From: Microcoleus sp.
Lineage (GTDB): Bacteria; Cyanobacteriota; Cyanobacteriia; Cyanobacteriales; Microcoleaceae
Direction: 5' to 3'
Length of the DNA: 64,000 nt
Assembly (NCBI GenBank): GCA_052279835.1
Contig: CP181291.1
Span: 2,656,001-2,720,000 of the forward strand
The notes beneath the pieces are model-generated. The model searched no databases and was not told the DNA's origin. It worked only from the letters and a program-made list of their open reading frames with translations. A program made the position numbers and the translations under genes. Below are positions 10,159-19,089 of this stretch, piece by piece. Numbering within the stretch: the stretch's first letter is position 1; each line of letters begins with the position of its first letter.

Positions 10159-12354
10159 TCAAGCGCTGGTGGGAGAAGGTAAATTATTATTGGATATAGA
10201 AAAATCTACAGGGATGATGGGAGTGGTTGTCCCGTTAGGCTTGCCAGAAGCAGGGTCTGGTTGGTAGAGTTGGATGCGATCGCGCCCAAGTCTTTTTGCT
10301 TGGTAGAGGGCTTGATCCGAGGCGGCAATCAAAATTTCCGCTCCCGTTTCCGATGCCGGAACCATACTTGCTACGCCCAAACTGACTGTGACGTACTGGC
10401 TCACCTGGGAACCAGCGTGAGGAAGCTTTAGGGCTGCGATTTTAACCCTGATGTGTTCGGCGACTTTCACAGCGCCTTGGATGTGGGTATTCGGCAAAAT
10501 AACGGCAAATTCTTCGCCACCATAGCGAGCTACTAAATCGGCGGGGCGATCGACTGCATGGCTAATGGCACCAGCTACTTGTCGCAAACATTCGTCTCCC
10601 CCTGGATGACCATAGGTATCGTTATAACTTTTAAAAGAATCAATATCACACAGAATTAGGGACAGTGGCGTCTGTTCCCGCGACTGTCTGCGCCACTCCA
10701 CTTCCAGATATTGATCGAACCGACGGCGGTTTGCTAGCTGGGTGAGTGCGTCCAAAGTGGCTAAGCGTTCTAATTTTTGGTTGGCCTCTTGCAATTGCTG
10801 ATAAAGTTCTGCTTGCTTAATGGCGATCGCCAACTGGGCCGCCAGAGAAGACAGTAACTCGACTTCCAACTGCATCCACTGTCGGGGGCTGCACTGGTGG
10901 GCCATCAGAAGCCCCCACAAATCCTCCCCTTGCACCAGTGGTACGACTAGATAAGCTCTGACATCAAATTGTGCGAGCAAATCAATTTGATATTGTGGTA
11001 AATCGGCGGCGCAGATATCGGCGATTGGTCGGATCGCCCGATGTTGGTACGCTTCCAAATAAAACTCGTCAAAACAAAAATTTTCCAGGGTTTCCCCCAG
11101 CATCGGCTGGCAGTTAGGAGCTACAGATTCCACTGTCACCGCCCCCGTTGCCGGCGTGTCGCAGGCATTGCCGGTACAGGGATTAAACCGGACGATCATC
11201 ACTCGATCGGCCTGTAGAAACTGGCGCACTTCGTTGACAGTCGTGTGCAGCACTTCGTCCAAATCTAAAGACTGGCGAATGTGTTGAGTAATTGTTGCCA
11301 TCAACAGTTCCCGTTCGTTCTGCTGTCGCAGCGCTTCTTCTGCCCGCTTGTACTCCGTGATATCTTGAGCAGTACCAAAAATTTGTTTGGGTTGACCCTC
11401 GGTGGTGCGCGCAAAAACTTGGTCGCGACAGCGAAACCAGCGCCATTGGCCCGATCGATGTTGAAGCCGATACTCCAATTCCAAAATGCTACCATCCTGG
11501 GCCGAGGGAAATTGTTCCAGGTGCTCTTCCAGTGTCCGCAAATCCTCTGGGTAGACGAGACAGAAACAGAAAGCCGTTTCCATCTCTAAAATTTCTTGGG
11601 GAGTGTAGCCCAGCAATTTCAAGGCCTGACCGTTGACGTAAACGTTGCGCTGTTCGGTCAGGTCGTAGATATATAGTAAATAAGGTGCCACGTCAGCAAT
11701 CTGCTGGATGAAGTGCTGGCTCGATCGCAATTCTTCCTCCACCCGCTGACGCACTTTCACTTCTTCCAAAGCCTGATCCCGCATCGCCCGATAACCTTGA
11801 ATCCGGTGAGTAAGCTCCGTGACGTCCTGAATCACCAACAAGGCGTAGAATGACTGGGAATTGGTCGGTGGCCATGTCAGTGAAGCCACAGGGGACGGAG
11901 AGTTATCTAACAAAACATTGTTTTCAGCGGCTTGGAGTTCGATCGTACCTTCTGCTTCCCACTCAACATTTTGAACCACCAACTTTCCAATCTCCAATTC
12001 TGCGATGCCATCCTCTTGGGCCGGCACAGCCGTCACAGTAGTTTGCTGGATGCGCTGCTGGCCGTCTTGCCAAGTTGCCGGAATCAGGTGTTTGTGAATT
12101 TGAGAAGAAAAAATTGTTGGTGGACCTCCTGCAAAGATTTGCTGAAAGCGAGTTGCGTACTTTAGCTGGTTTAAATGAGGAAAATGCGTTGTGATTTTTG
12201 TACCCAACATTTGACTGCGGGGAATTTTCGTCCAGTCTTCCAAACAGGTATTCCAAAACAGAACCACAAAATCATCTCGCAGCAGGCAAGCGCCGACTGG
12301 TACGCTGTCTAGAACCCCAAACTTTTGCTCAATAGTTTTGCTCTCCTGGCTCAT
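10159..12354 (-). CDS. Diguanylate cyclase (PAS-PAS-GAF-GGDEF)
   Basis: DALTQLANRR, RPAD I-site and RYGGEEF active site; PAS/PAC and GAF segments. Confidence 0.92.
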   Translation of the reverse strand: MSQESKTIEQKFGVLDSVPVGACLLRDDFVVLFWNTCLEDWTKIPRSQMLGTKITTHFPHLNQLKYATRFQQIFAGGPPTIFSSQIHKHLIPATWQDGQQRIQQTTVTAVPAQEDGIAELEIGKLVVQNVEWEAEGTIELQAAENNVLLDNSPSPVASLTWPPTNSQSFYALLVIQDVTELTHRIQGYRAMRDQALEEVKVRQRVEEELRSSQHFIQQIADVAPYLLYIYDLTEQRNVYVNGQALKLLGYTPQEILEMETAFCFCLVYPEDLRTLEEHLEQFPSAQDGSILELEYRLQHRSGQWRWFRCRDQVFARTTEGQPKQIFGTAQDITEYKRAEEALRQQNERELLMATITQHIRQSLDLDEVLHTTVNEVRQFLQADRVMIVRFNPCTGNACDTPATGAVTVESVAPNCQPMLGETLENFCFDEFYLEAYQHRAIRPIADICAADLPQYQIDLLAQFDVRAYLVVPLVQGEDLWGLLMAHQCSPRQWMQLEVELLSSLAAQLAIAIKQAELYQQLQEANQKLERLATLDALTQLANRRRFDQYLEVEWRRQSREQTPLSLILCDIDSFKSYNDTYGHPGGDECLRQVAGAISHAVDRPADLVARYGGEEFAVILPNTHIQGAVKVAEHIRVKIAALKLPHAGSQVSQYVTVSLGVASMVPASETGAEILIAASDQALYQAKRLGRDRIQLYQPDPASGKPNGTTTPIIPVDFSISNNNLPSPTSA

Positions 12355-12959
12355 AGACCCCCGGCAAGTTGATTGATAGCAGCCAACAAGGTATCAAAAG
12401 AACTGACATTGAAAATGAGGATAATATCTCCTTCAATGTGAAGCTTTTCAATAATGAAACGAGTCTGGGCCAATAAAACTACTGTATCGGCAGTCAAGCC
12501 GCCAGATACTAGCAAAGTGGCGATTGTCCCTTCCGTGTAATTGGGAATTGAGTAGTTCAAGCGCTGCTGAAGTACATTGCTGATAGCACCCATAACCCCG
12601 TTGATTACAATATTTCCCACTTCACTTAGCGTACCAATTTTCACCGAATCTAGGTCATGAGTTCCGGCTTCTTCCCCAGTTAGCATCGTCACGAGGGTGG
12701 CGGCGCTGTTGGTAGGAAATACTAGCTGAGCAATACCTCCAAAAGAGCCTGTGAATTTTAGCTGCACGGCGGCGATTTGCTCGCCGTTGAGGTGTTGCTC
12801 TAACTGTAGTTGTACATCGTTGGGAGTCAGGATTTGGAGGTAGGGGATTTGCAAGCGAATGGGGGAGTCAATCATGTCATTCAAGATCCCTGCTGCTTGA
12901 CCAATCCCGATGTTGACGAGTTCCTGCAAAGCATCGAGCTGTCGAGCGGTCAATTTCAT
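12351..12959 (-). CDS. cheC: CheC-family phosphatase
   Basis: DALQELVNIG and EVGNIVIN (two E-x2-N motifs); ATGA overlaps with both neighbours. Confidence 0.85.
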   Translation of the reverse strand: MKLTARQLDALQELVNIGIGQAAGILNDMIDSPIRLQIPYLQILTPNDVQLQLEQHLNGEQIAAVQLKFTGSFGGIAQLVFPTNSAATLVTMLTGEEAGTHDLDSVKIGTLSEVGNIVINGVMGAISNVLQQRLNYSIPNYTEGTIATLLVSGGLTADTVVLLAQTRFIIEKLHIEGDIILIFNVSSFDTLLAAINQLAGGL

Positions 12960-13333
12960 GGGGCGCTCTCCTCGCTGGCACTGAGAGCTTTTTTGATCCA
13001 CCCAACCAGTTCGTCGGAGTTGGGCATTTTGTGAATGACTGCGAGGGCTCCGAGTTCCATACACTCTTCGCGGGTGGTGGATTGGATGTCTGCGGTAATT
13101 ACGATCACAGGAACTTTAATTCCTTTCTCCCGCATAGCTTGCAAGACTTCCCTACCTTCCATGTCTGGCATTAGGAGATCCAACAGCATACAGTTTGGGG
13201 TCTGAGTATCTAGCAGTTCCAGAGCTTCTGGGCCACTCGATGCTTCCCAAGTCTCGTATCCTTCTGCTCGCAGGATTTTGCAGATTACCCTGCGAGTCAA
13301 CCACGAATCTTCGACAACGAGAATTGATGTCAC
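12956..13333 (-). CDS. Single-domain CheY-like response regulator
   Basis: ILVVEDS, LLDLLMP (phospho-Asp), ITAD and HKMP; GGAGG precedes the GTG start. Confidence 0.9.
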   Translation of the reverse strand: MTSILVVEDSWLTRRVICKILRAEGYETWEASSGPEALELLDTQTPNCMLLDLLMPDMEGREVLQAMREKGIKVPVIVITADIQSTTREECMELGALAVIHKMPNSDELVGWIKKALSASEESAP

Positions 13334-13403
13334 TACGTTTTCCTCCTTCAATTGTTGATGACTAACCAGCTTGGCAGGTACTGCTTTTATTTTGACAGTA
13401 TTT

Positions 13404-13439
13404 TATGCAGGGGCGTCGCGATCGCGACGCCCCTGCATA
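13404..13439. repeat. 36-bp perfect palindrome centred on HIP1
   Basis: TATGCAGGGGCGTCGCGA|TCGCGACGCCCCTGCATA. Confidence 0.95.
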
Positions 13440-13476
13440 GCTCAAAAACTCTCTCTACATTAGTAGACCAGGCAGG

Positions 13477-13640
13477 CTAACAGGAATAAATATATCCATC
13501 ATATAGTGAGGGGTTCTCAACCAATCGAGCTATTGCGAAGCTTAGGCGTTGAGATGTGAGAACCGGATGAAGGCCGGCTCTGTTCTTGATATTTATCGCT
13601 GTATTACGATCGTGGCTTAGACTGAAACCACATCTACAAT
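13477..13640 (-). pseudogene. tnpB: TnpB (IS605 OrfB) C-terminal remnant
   Basis: CRCG...HDRNTAINIKNRAGLHPVL resembles the Zn-ribbon end and the RuvC-III DxNAAxNI motif. Confidence 0.75.
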
Positions 13641-13653
13641 TATCTTGCTTAAT

Positions 13654-13697
13654 TTGACAATCTCCCAAATTCCCTAGGCTAAATAGGGGAGATTCTT
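13654..13697 (-). mobile_element. IS200/IS605-type end hairpin
   Basis: Minus strand reads AAGAATCTCCCC...GGGAGATTGTCAA, ending in TCAA like the 2997-3031 end. Confidence 0.5.
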
Positions 13698-13751
13698 AAG
13701 AATCCAAAGACCGATTCTGAGGTTCCTATAGCAATCCTGAACCCATCATCA

Positions 13752-13851
13752 CAGGACTTAGGCACAGGGGGTCAAAAACCCGGTTTCTCGGTCAATATCT
13801 CAGGCGAGAGAGGGACGATTTTTCACAGAAACCGGGTTTTTTGCAGTCCTG
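13752..13851. repeat. MITE-like element (AGGACTTACGCA family, degenerate)
   Basis: CAGGACT ... AGTCCTG ends with AAAACCCGGTTTC/GAAACCGGGTTTT inside. Confidence 0.75.
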
Positions 13852-14052
13852 CATCAGTAAAGTTTAACCACTTTCTAGCAAATGACATGGTAAACATTCC
13901 CAAATTGCGGTATTTACGTACTTGTGCTATGTAAACCTTGTTCGATCGCTCCCAGTTTTAGGTATCGGCAATATTATCAAACAAATAGCAAAAAACCCGG
14001 TTTCTTGATGAAGCCCGGTTCACAGGATGTATGTTGCTGCTGAAAGCTTGGG

Positions 14053-14583
14053 TTAACTATAGCTGACTAACCGTTTGCGAAGAGATTCTACTCGTCGTTT
14101 TGCCGTCGCATTGTCTGGCTCGTGTTTTAGGACTTCTTCGTACATTTCTAAAGCTTGAGATTCTAATTTTTTACGCTCGTAGGAGTGACCCAAATTATTG
14201 ATCGATGTGACGTAGCCGGGCTGCAACTTAATGGCTTCTTTGTAATAACGGATTGCTATATCGTACTGTTCTTGACCGAAGTGTGCAAAACCGAGAGCGT
14301 TATAAATTATCGCTGCATTTTCTTCGCCTTCTAAATCTTCGGATTTCAAGGCTTTTTGAAATAGCAATATCGCCTGGGAATAAAGACTTTTGTCTAGATA
14401 AATACTGCCCAATTGGTAGTATTCTTGGGCTGTTCCCTTCTCTTTGGTGAGCTTTGTTTCTAAGCGTTCCAGGGACATTTCCCGCTTGCGAGTTTTGAAT
14501 ATCTGGCTGACTATAAACCAGGAAGCACTGCCTAGTATGAGTAGCAAGACAGACAAGTAAATAATGAGTAAATTGCTATCCAT
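14053..14583 (-). CDS. ycf37: TPR protein, Ycf37-like (photosystem I assembly)
   Basis: N-terminal TM helix then three TPRs; sits downstream of rplT; start taken at MDSN. Confidence 0.75.
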   Translation of the reverse strand: MDSNLLIIYLSVLLLILGSASWFIVSQIFKTRKREMSLERLETKLTKEKGTAQEYYQLGSIYLDKSLYSQAILLFQKALKSEDLEGEENAAIIYNALGFAHFGQEQYDIAIRYYKEAIKLQPGYVTSINNLGHSYERKKLESQALEMYEEVLKHEPDNATAKRRVESLRKRLVSYS

Positions 14584-14865
14584 GCTTTTAAAATTTGGTT
14601 GGTATTTGGATTTTTTTATGTATTGGAATCCAATGATAATGCAATGATAATCCCTGATATTTGCCTGATAATTTTTACTAAAACCGGGAAATGGCTGACC
14701 CAATTACCCAGGATAGTGCTTTCAAAAAGCTAGAAGCTAGAAGTAAGAACAAAGAAGGAAAAGCGGTCTCAATCTCCTATATTTATCTAAGAAGTTTTCC
14801 TTCTCTGGCAGATAACTACATCCTTCTTAGTTCTTATTTCTTCCTTCAGAAAACTATTCAAGCTT

Positions 14866-15222
14866 TCACGATGCGGCTGACTTGGCCATTTCCACGACTT
14901 TGCCAAATGTTGCGGGGTCAAGGATTGCCATTTGTGCCAACATTTTGCGATTGATTTCAATGTTTGCTTTCTTCATATTGCCGATGAGTTTGCTATAACT
15001 CATGCCGTGCAAGCGAGATGCTGCATTGATCCGAGCAATCCACAGGCGGCGGAAGTCGCGTTTGCGTTTTTTGCGATCGCGATAACCGTTACGCAGGGCT
15101 TGCATCACCCGTTGGTTAGCTGTGCGGAACTGTTTCGACTGTGCGCCTCGGAATCCCTTGGCTAGTTTGAGAATTTTTTTGCGGCGCGCTCTAGCGACAT
15201 TACCGCGTTTTACCCGTGTCAT
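14866..15222 (-). CDS. rplT: 50S ribosomal protein L20
   Basis: [26 protein letters not shown]...[11 protein letters not shown]. Confidence 0.98.
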   Translation of the reverse strand: MTRVKRGNVARARRKKILKLAKGFRGAQSKQFRTANQRVMQALRNGYRDRKKRKRDFRRLWIARINAASRLHGMSYSKLIGNMKKANIEINRKMLAQMAILDPATFGKVVEMAKSAAS

Positions 15223-15241
15223 CTTTGATTACCGTTAAACT

Positions 15242-15439
15242 TTACAAGTATGGAAGCATTAACCGCACGTTATCGTCGTTGGTCTCGTCGATGACGACCA
15301 ATTTAGACAAGCGACTTTTGCGGGCTGAACTTTTGTGGGAGAGCAAGTGGCTTTTGTAAGCTTTGCGGCGCACAATTTTACCGGTGCCGGTCGCTCTAAA
15401 GCGCTTTGCGGCTGCTTTGCGAGTTTTGAGTTTTGGCAT
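15242..15439 (-). CDS. rpmI: 50S ribosomal protein L35
   Basis: [14 protein letters not shown]...LMLPYL. Confidence 0.98.
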   Translation of the reverse strand: MPKLKTRKAAAKRFRATGTGKIVRRKAYKSHLLSHKSSARKSRLSKLVVIDETNDDNVRLMLPYL

Positions 15440-15600
15440 GGACTGGTGTTATTTGGACACAAGCTATAACCGTATCACGTTTGTGGTACTTTCTGCAAGC
15501 TCAATTTGCGGCGATATGTCAGGATGGGCGATCTGTCGGCTCTTGCGGTTGTTGGGCGTAGTTGACACCTGGCATAGAATGTTAGACAGCAAGACTATTA

Positions 15601-16392
15601 TTACTGAAGTTGGCGCTGCTCACGATACAAGCGGAGGGCGTAAACTCCGGCGGCAGTTGACTGCAATTCTTTAATTACCGCTGCCATTTCGATCGGCAAT
15701 TCTGCAATTTTTGATACCATAACAGGATGTTCCGGTGGCAGTAAAACCGGAGCTGCTAGCGCTGCAAAAGTTATGTCTGCTGCGGATATTGTATCGCCCA
15801 CTAAATAGGTTTTGCCGCCTGCTAATCTTCGATCGACAATCTCGAAAATTTCTTTGATTCCTTGCAGCGCCTTGGCGGCGGAATCTACTGTTATGTTGTA
15901 GCGTTGCCGTATTGTACTGCTAAGGAACGGAAAGATTATTTCAAACCCAAGACGCTCTAGTTGAGGCGTACCGCTGCACCAACCAGTTCGCATTGTTTGG
16001 CGATCGCCCGATCGATAAAAATATCCCCAATTGCGAGTATCTGCTCCCAGTCTAGCATCAAATAACTCTTCAAGTTCTTCGACTTCTCGGCGCAATTCAG
16101 GCTCTTTTGGATACAAACCGTGGCTTTCTGGATTGAGAGTATCGAGGTAATGCAAAATATCTGTTGAATCAATAAAGTTCCCAGATTTGGCAACTAAAAT
16201 GGGAACGCTGCTTCCTCCGTGTTTGCGGGTAGCCCAGAGGTGAAAAGCTGGTACGTGTCTTTCTTCTATGTAGGGGATTTTTAGTAAATCCAGGGCCCAC
16301 CGCACTTTTTCGCAGTAGTGACTGATGGGGATGGTGATGAGGCGGACAACTTCGGTATTGGCAATGGTTGAATGATGATTCATTGAAGTCAT
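15601..16392 (-). CDS. Glutathione S-transferase family protein
   Basis: SHYCEKVRWAL, VPIL, DSTDI and YLVGD-x-ISAADI motifs. Confidence 0.88.
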   Translation of the reverse strand: MTSMNHHSTIANTEVVRLITIPISHYCEKVRWALDLLKIPYIEERHVPAFHLWATRKHGGSSVPILVAKSGNFIDSTDILHYLDTLNPESHGLYPKEPELRREVEELEELFDARLGADTRNWGYFYRSGDRQTMRTGWCSGTPQLERLGFEIIFPFLSSTIRQRYNITVDSAAKALQGIKEIFEIVDRRLAGGKTYLVGDTISAADITFAALAAPVLLPPEHPVMVSKIAELPIEMAAVIKELQSTAAGVYALRLYREQRQLQ

Positions 16393-16487
16393 TTAGTTGT
16401 GTAAATGTTGGCAGTTTTTGGGCTGTGGTATTATTTGTGATGCGGAAAATTAGCAGAGCCTAGTAACGAGTAGAAATTGCTCTTTTA

Positions 16488-16501
16488 AGACCGAACGGTC
16501 T
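16488..16501. promoter_or_regulatory. Candidate TetR operator upstream of the GST gene
   Basis: Palindrome AGACCG-AA-CGGTCT. Confidence 0.7.
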
Positions 16502-16528
16502 GTTGGATGGTAAAAAAAATATCCGGTT

Positions 16529-17116
16529 CTAAATTAGACTGTCGAGATATCTGTGCAAGTGAGCAACTGCTCTGTTGACGTGAATTGCATCTCCGTAAAG
16601 TTTGCTCATCATCACTGCCCCTTCTAGGGTTGAAATCATTATAGTTGCGACTGCATCAGCTTCGACGTTTTCTCGCACCTCACCTTTGGCAATTCCTTTG
16701 TTAATAATTTTGCAAATCAAAGCGCGCCAACCATTCATTGCTATTTGCACCCGCTGACGCAAAGCTGGATGAGCGTCATCGCTTTCGACTGCTGTATTTA
16801 ACAGGGGACAACCGCCGGGAATTGGAGGATTTTCGGCAAATGTGCTAAATAAAGATATAACAGCTTTTAGCCGATCGACCGAATTGTGTTTTCCTTTCAA
16901 GGCTGTGATATATTGTTTCCGCATACATTCAGCCGCAAAGTCAAAAGCTTCTAGGGCTAATTCATCTTTACTCTTGAAATGGTTATAAATTCCTCCTTTT
17001 TGCAAGCCTGTAACGCGCATAATGTCAGACATAGATGAACCTGAGTAGCCGTACTGGTTGAACAGTGCTGCGGCTTCCCTGAGAATTTTTTCTCTGGTTT
17101 CTTGAGCTTTTGACAT
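16529..17116 (-). CDS. TetR/AcrR family regulator (NemR/YxaF-like C-terminus)
   Basis: HTH segment GLQKGGIYNHFKSKDEL; GGCPLLNTAVE motif. Confidence 0.92.
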   Translation of the reverse strand: MSKAQETREKILREAAALFNQYGYSGSSMSDIMRVTGLQKGGIYNHFKSKDELALEAFDFAAECMRKQYITALKGKHNSVDRLKAVISLFSTFAENPPIPGGCPLLNTAVESDDAHPALRQRVQIAMNGWRALICKIINKGIAKGEVRENVEADAVATIMISTLEGAVMMSKLYGDAIHVNRAVAHLHRYLDSLI

Positions 17117-17131
17117 TTTTATGGAGCTAAC

Positions 17132-17145
17132 AGACTTATCGGTCT
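17132..17145. promoter_or_regulatory. Candidate autoregulatory TetR operator
   Basis: AGACTTATCGGTCT, an imperfect copy of the 16488 palindrome just upstream of the tetR start. Confidence 0.65.
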
Positions 17146-17291
17146 TTTCTAGATAATAGCAGAGGCAACTGTGAATGGCAAGGGGCGATCGGCAATTAAT
17201 TTAAAGCCGATAACAAATAACAAATTTAACAAATTCAACAAAAAAAATAGGCTAGCCATATTTCACAGCGCCTATCTCAATCCATTTATAA

Positions 17292-17481
17292 GGGTTCCCC
17301 GCAACGCCGTCTTACCTCAGCTTTTGACCTGGTATTTTACCAGGTGGGCACCGTTGGCTCGGACTTAAAGTTTCTGGGTACAAGCCCAGTTTACTGCTGT
17401 CCAAACATCTTGATTCCCGAAAGTTAAGAGTTATAGATCAAAAAAACATTATTGGCAGTCACCAACGTCGCAGTAGAACCT
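17292..17481 (-). ncRNA. ssrS: 6S RNA
   Basis: About 190 nt with complementary ends (AGGTTCTACTGCGACGTTG / CGGCGTTGCGGGGAACC); located directly downstream of purK as in cyanobacteria. Confidence 0.88.
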
Positions 17482-17487
17482 GTATTT

Positions 17488-17517
17488 AATATATACCCAC
17501 TAACTCGATTTTGGCAA
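17488..17517 (-). promoter_or_regulatory. Sigma70-type promoter for 6S RNA
   Basis: TTGCCA-18 bp-TATATT ending 6 nt before the predicted 5' end. Confidence 0.6.
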
Positions 17518-17530
17518 CTCTTCCATCCAT

Positions 17531-18703
17531 CTAATTTGCATTCCAGATAGATTCAATGGTTTGAGCGATCGCCTCTGCTGGCGATCGCCCACGATCCAAC
17601 GCTTCCTCATCCAGCAAAACAGTAACGTGACCCAGTTTGCGGCCCGGACGCGATACTTTCTTACCATACCAATGCACAAAACCACCCTCGATTTGTGCCA
17701 GTTGTTTTCGTTTTTCTAAATAGTCGGACTCAGCCGATTCATAGCCGAGTAAATTTACCATCACAGCACCAGCAGAGATTAAATCGCAATTGCCTAAAGG
17801 CAGTTGACAAACTGCACGCAAATGTTGTTCAAATTGTGAAGTTTTGCAAGCATCGATGGTAAAGTGTCCAGAATTGTGCGTGCGCGGTGCAATTTCGTTT
17901 ACCAATAGTTGATTGTCGGCGGTTAAAAATAGTTCAATGCCGAATACGCCCACAGCTTGTAAACTATTGAGGAGAGTACGGGCGATCGCCTCAGCTTGGG
18001 CTTCAATCTCCAAACTAATCCGGGCAGGTGCGATCGCCAGACGACAAACCTGATTTTCCTGTTGAGTTTCCACGATCGGGTAAATTGCAATTTCACCGTT
18101 GGCAGATCGAGCTGCAATTACAGCCAATTCGCGATCGAAAGGCACAAACTCTTCCACCAACAAAGCTACACCTTTGAGGTTAATACAAATCGACTCCAGA
18201 CTCGCTGAATCTTTGACCACAAAAGTACCTTGACCATCATAACCGTGGCGGCGAACTTTGATAACCAAGGGAAAATCCAAGGGCAAATCCTGGCTACAAT
18301 CCCATTGCCAAAACGACGGAGTGGGTAAACCCAAATCTTGTAAATAACAGCGCTGCACGTACTTATCCAACAAAGGATCTAGAGAGGACAAACTAGGCTG
18401 AAATAAAACACCTTGCCTTTCTAGCGTCCGCAAACCATCCAAATTCACAAACTCATTTTCAAAAGTAATAACATCAGAGCGAGTGGCTAATTCAGCAGTA
18501 GCATTAACATCATCAATTGCCGCCAAAACAGTATCACTAGCAATAGAATTTGCCGGGTCAGTAGCCTGGGGAGTTTGCACCACCAATTCAATACCCAGCT
18601 TACTAGCAGCAGACCCCATCATCCAAGCTAGTTGACCGCCGCCGACAACACCCACCCGCTTAATTTTAGGAGATGTACTGGCAGTGGATGGAGTAAATTT
18701 CAT
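17531..18703 (-). CDS. purK: N5-carboxyaminoimidazole ribonucleotide synthase
   Basis: GGGQLAWM, ITFENE, GYDGQG, NEIAPRTHNSGH and RKLGHVT motifs. Confidence 0.96.
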   Translation of the reverse strand: MKFTPSTASTSPKIKRVGVVGGGQLAWMMGSAASKLGIELVVQTPQATDPANSIASDTVLAAIDDVNATAELATRSDVITFENEFVNLDGLRTLERQGVLFQPSLSSLDPLLDKYVQRCYLQDLGLPTPSFWQWDCSQDLPLDFPLVIKVRRHGYDGQGTFVVKDSASLESICINLKGVALLVEEFVPFDRELAVIAARSANGEIAIYPIVETQQENQVCRLAIAPARISLEIEAQAEAIARTLLNSLQAVGVFGIELFLTADNQLLVNEIAPRTHNSGHFTIDACKTSQFEQHLRAVCQLPLGNCDLISAGAVMVNLLGYESAESDYLEKRKQLAQIEGGFVHWYGKKVSRPGRKLGHVTVLLDEEALDRGRSPAEAIAQTIESIWNAN

Positions 18704-18786
18704 CTGACTAATTTTCAATATGTTAACCTGACTATTTTATAACAAAAAGTAACGACATAAATATCCTGTAGGGGCGGTAACACCAA

Positions 18787-18863
18787 CAATAGACATCTCC
18801 TAAAAAGACAGTCAAAAACAGGCAGGATGCCTATTCCACAACAATTATGGGAGATGTCTATTG
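18787..18863. repeat. Small MITE-like element with 14-bp terminal inverted repeats
   Basis: CAATAGACATCTCC ... GGAGATGTCTATTG. Confidence 0.7.
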
Positions 18864-19089
18864 AATCTAAGAATCAGCCCAGCATCCAGGATCTAGGAAA
18901 GTTTTTAATCCTGGCACTGGTTGACCCATCTCTAACAGCAGCCAATCCCGGACGATCGAGAAAAGTGCCACATCTAGCAATTCCCTAGCGCCAAGCATGG
19001 CATAATTGAGGGCACTGCAAAAAGCAGATAGATAAGTACCAACACTGCAAAGTGGCCATTCAGGCAAAAAAATTATAGGTGAGGATGCT

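Noticed and set aside
10800..11290. GAF domain of the diguanylate cyclase as a cyanobacteriochrome
   Set aside because: The canonical bilin-binding CH position reads QYQ; only an NFCF variant of DXCF is present, so photoreceptor function is unsupported.
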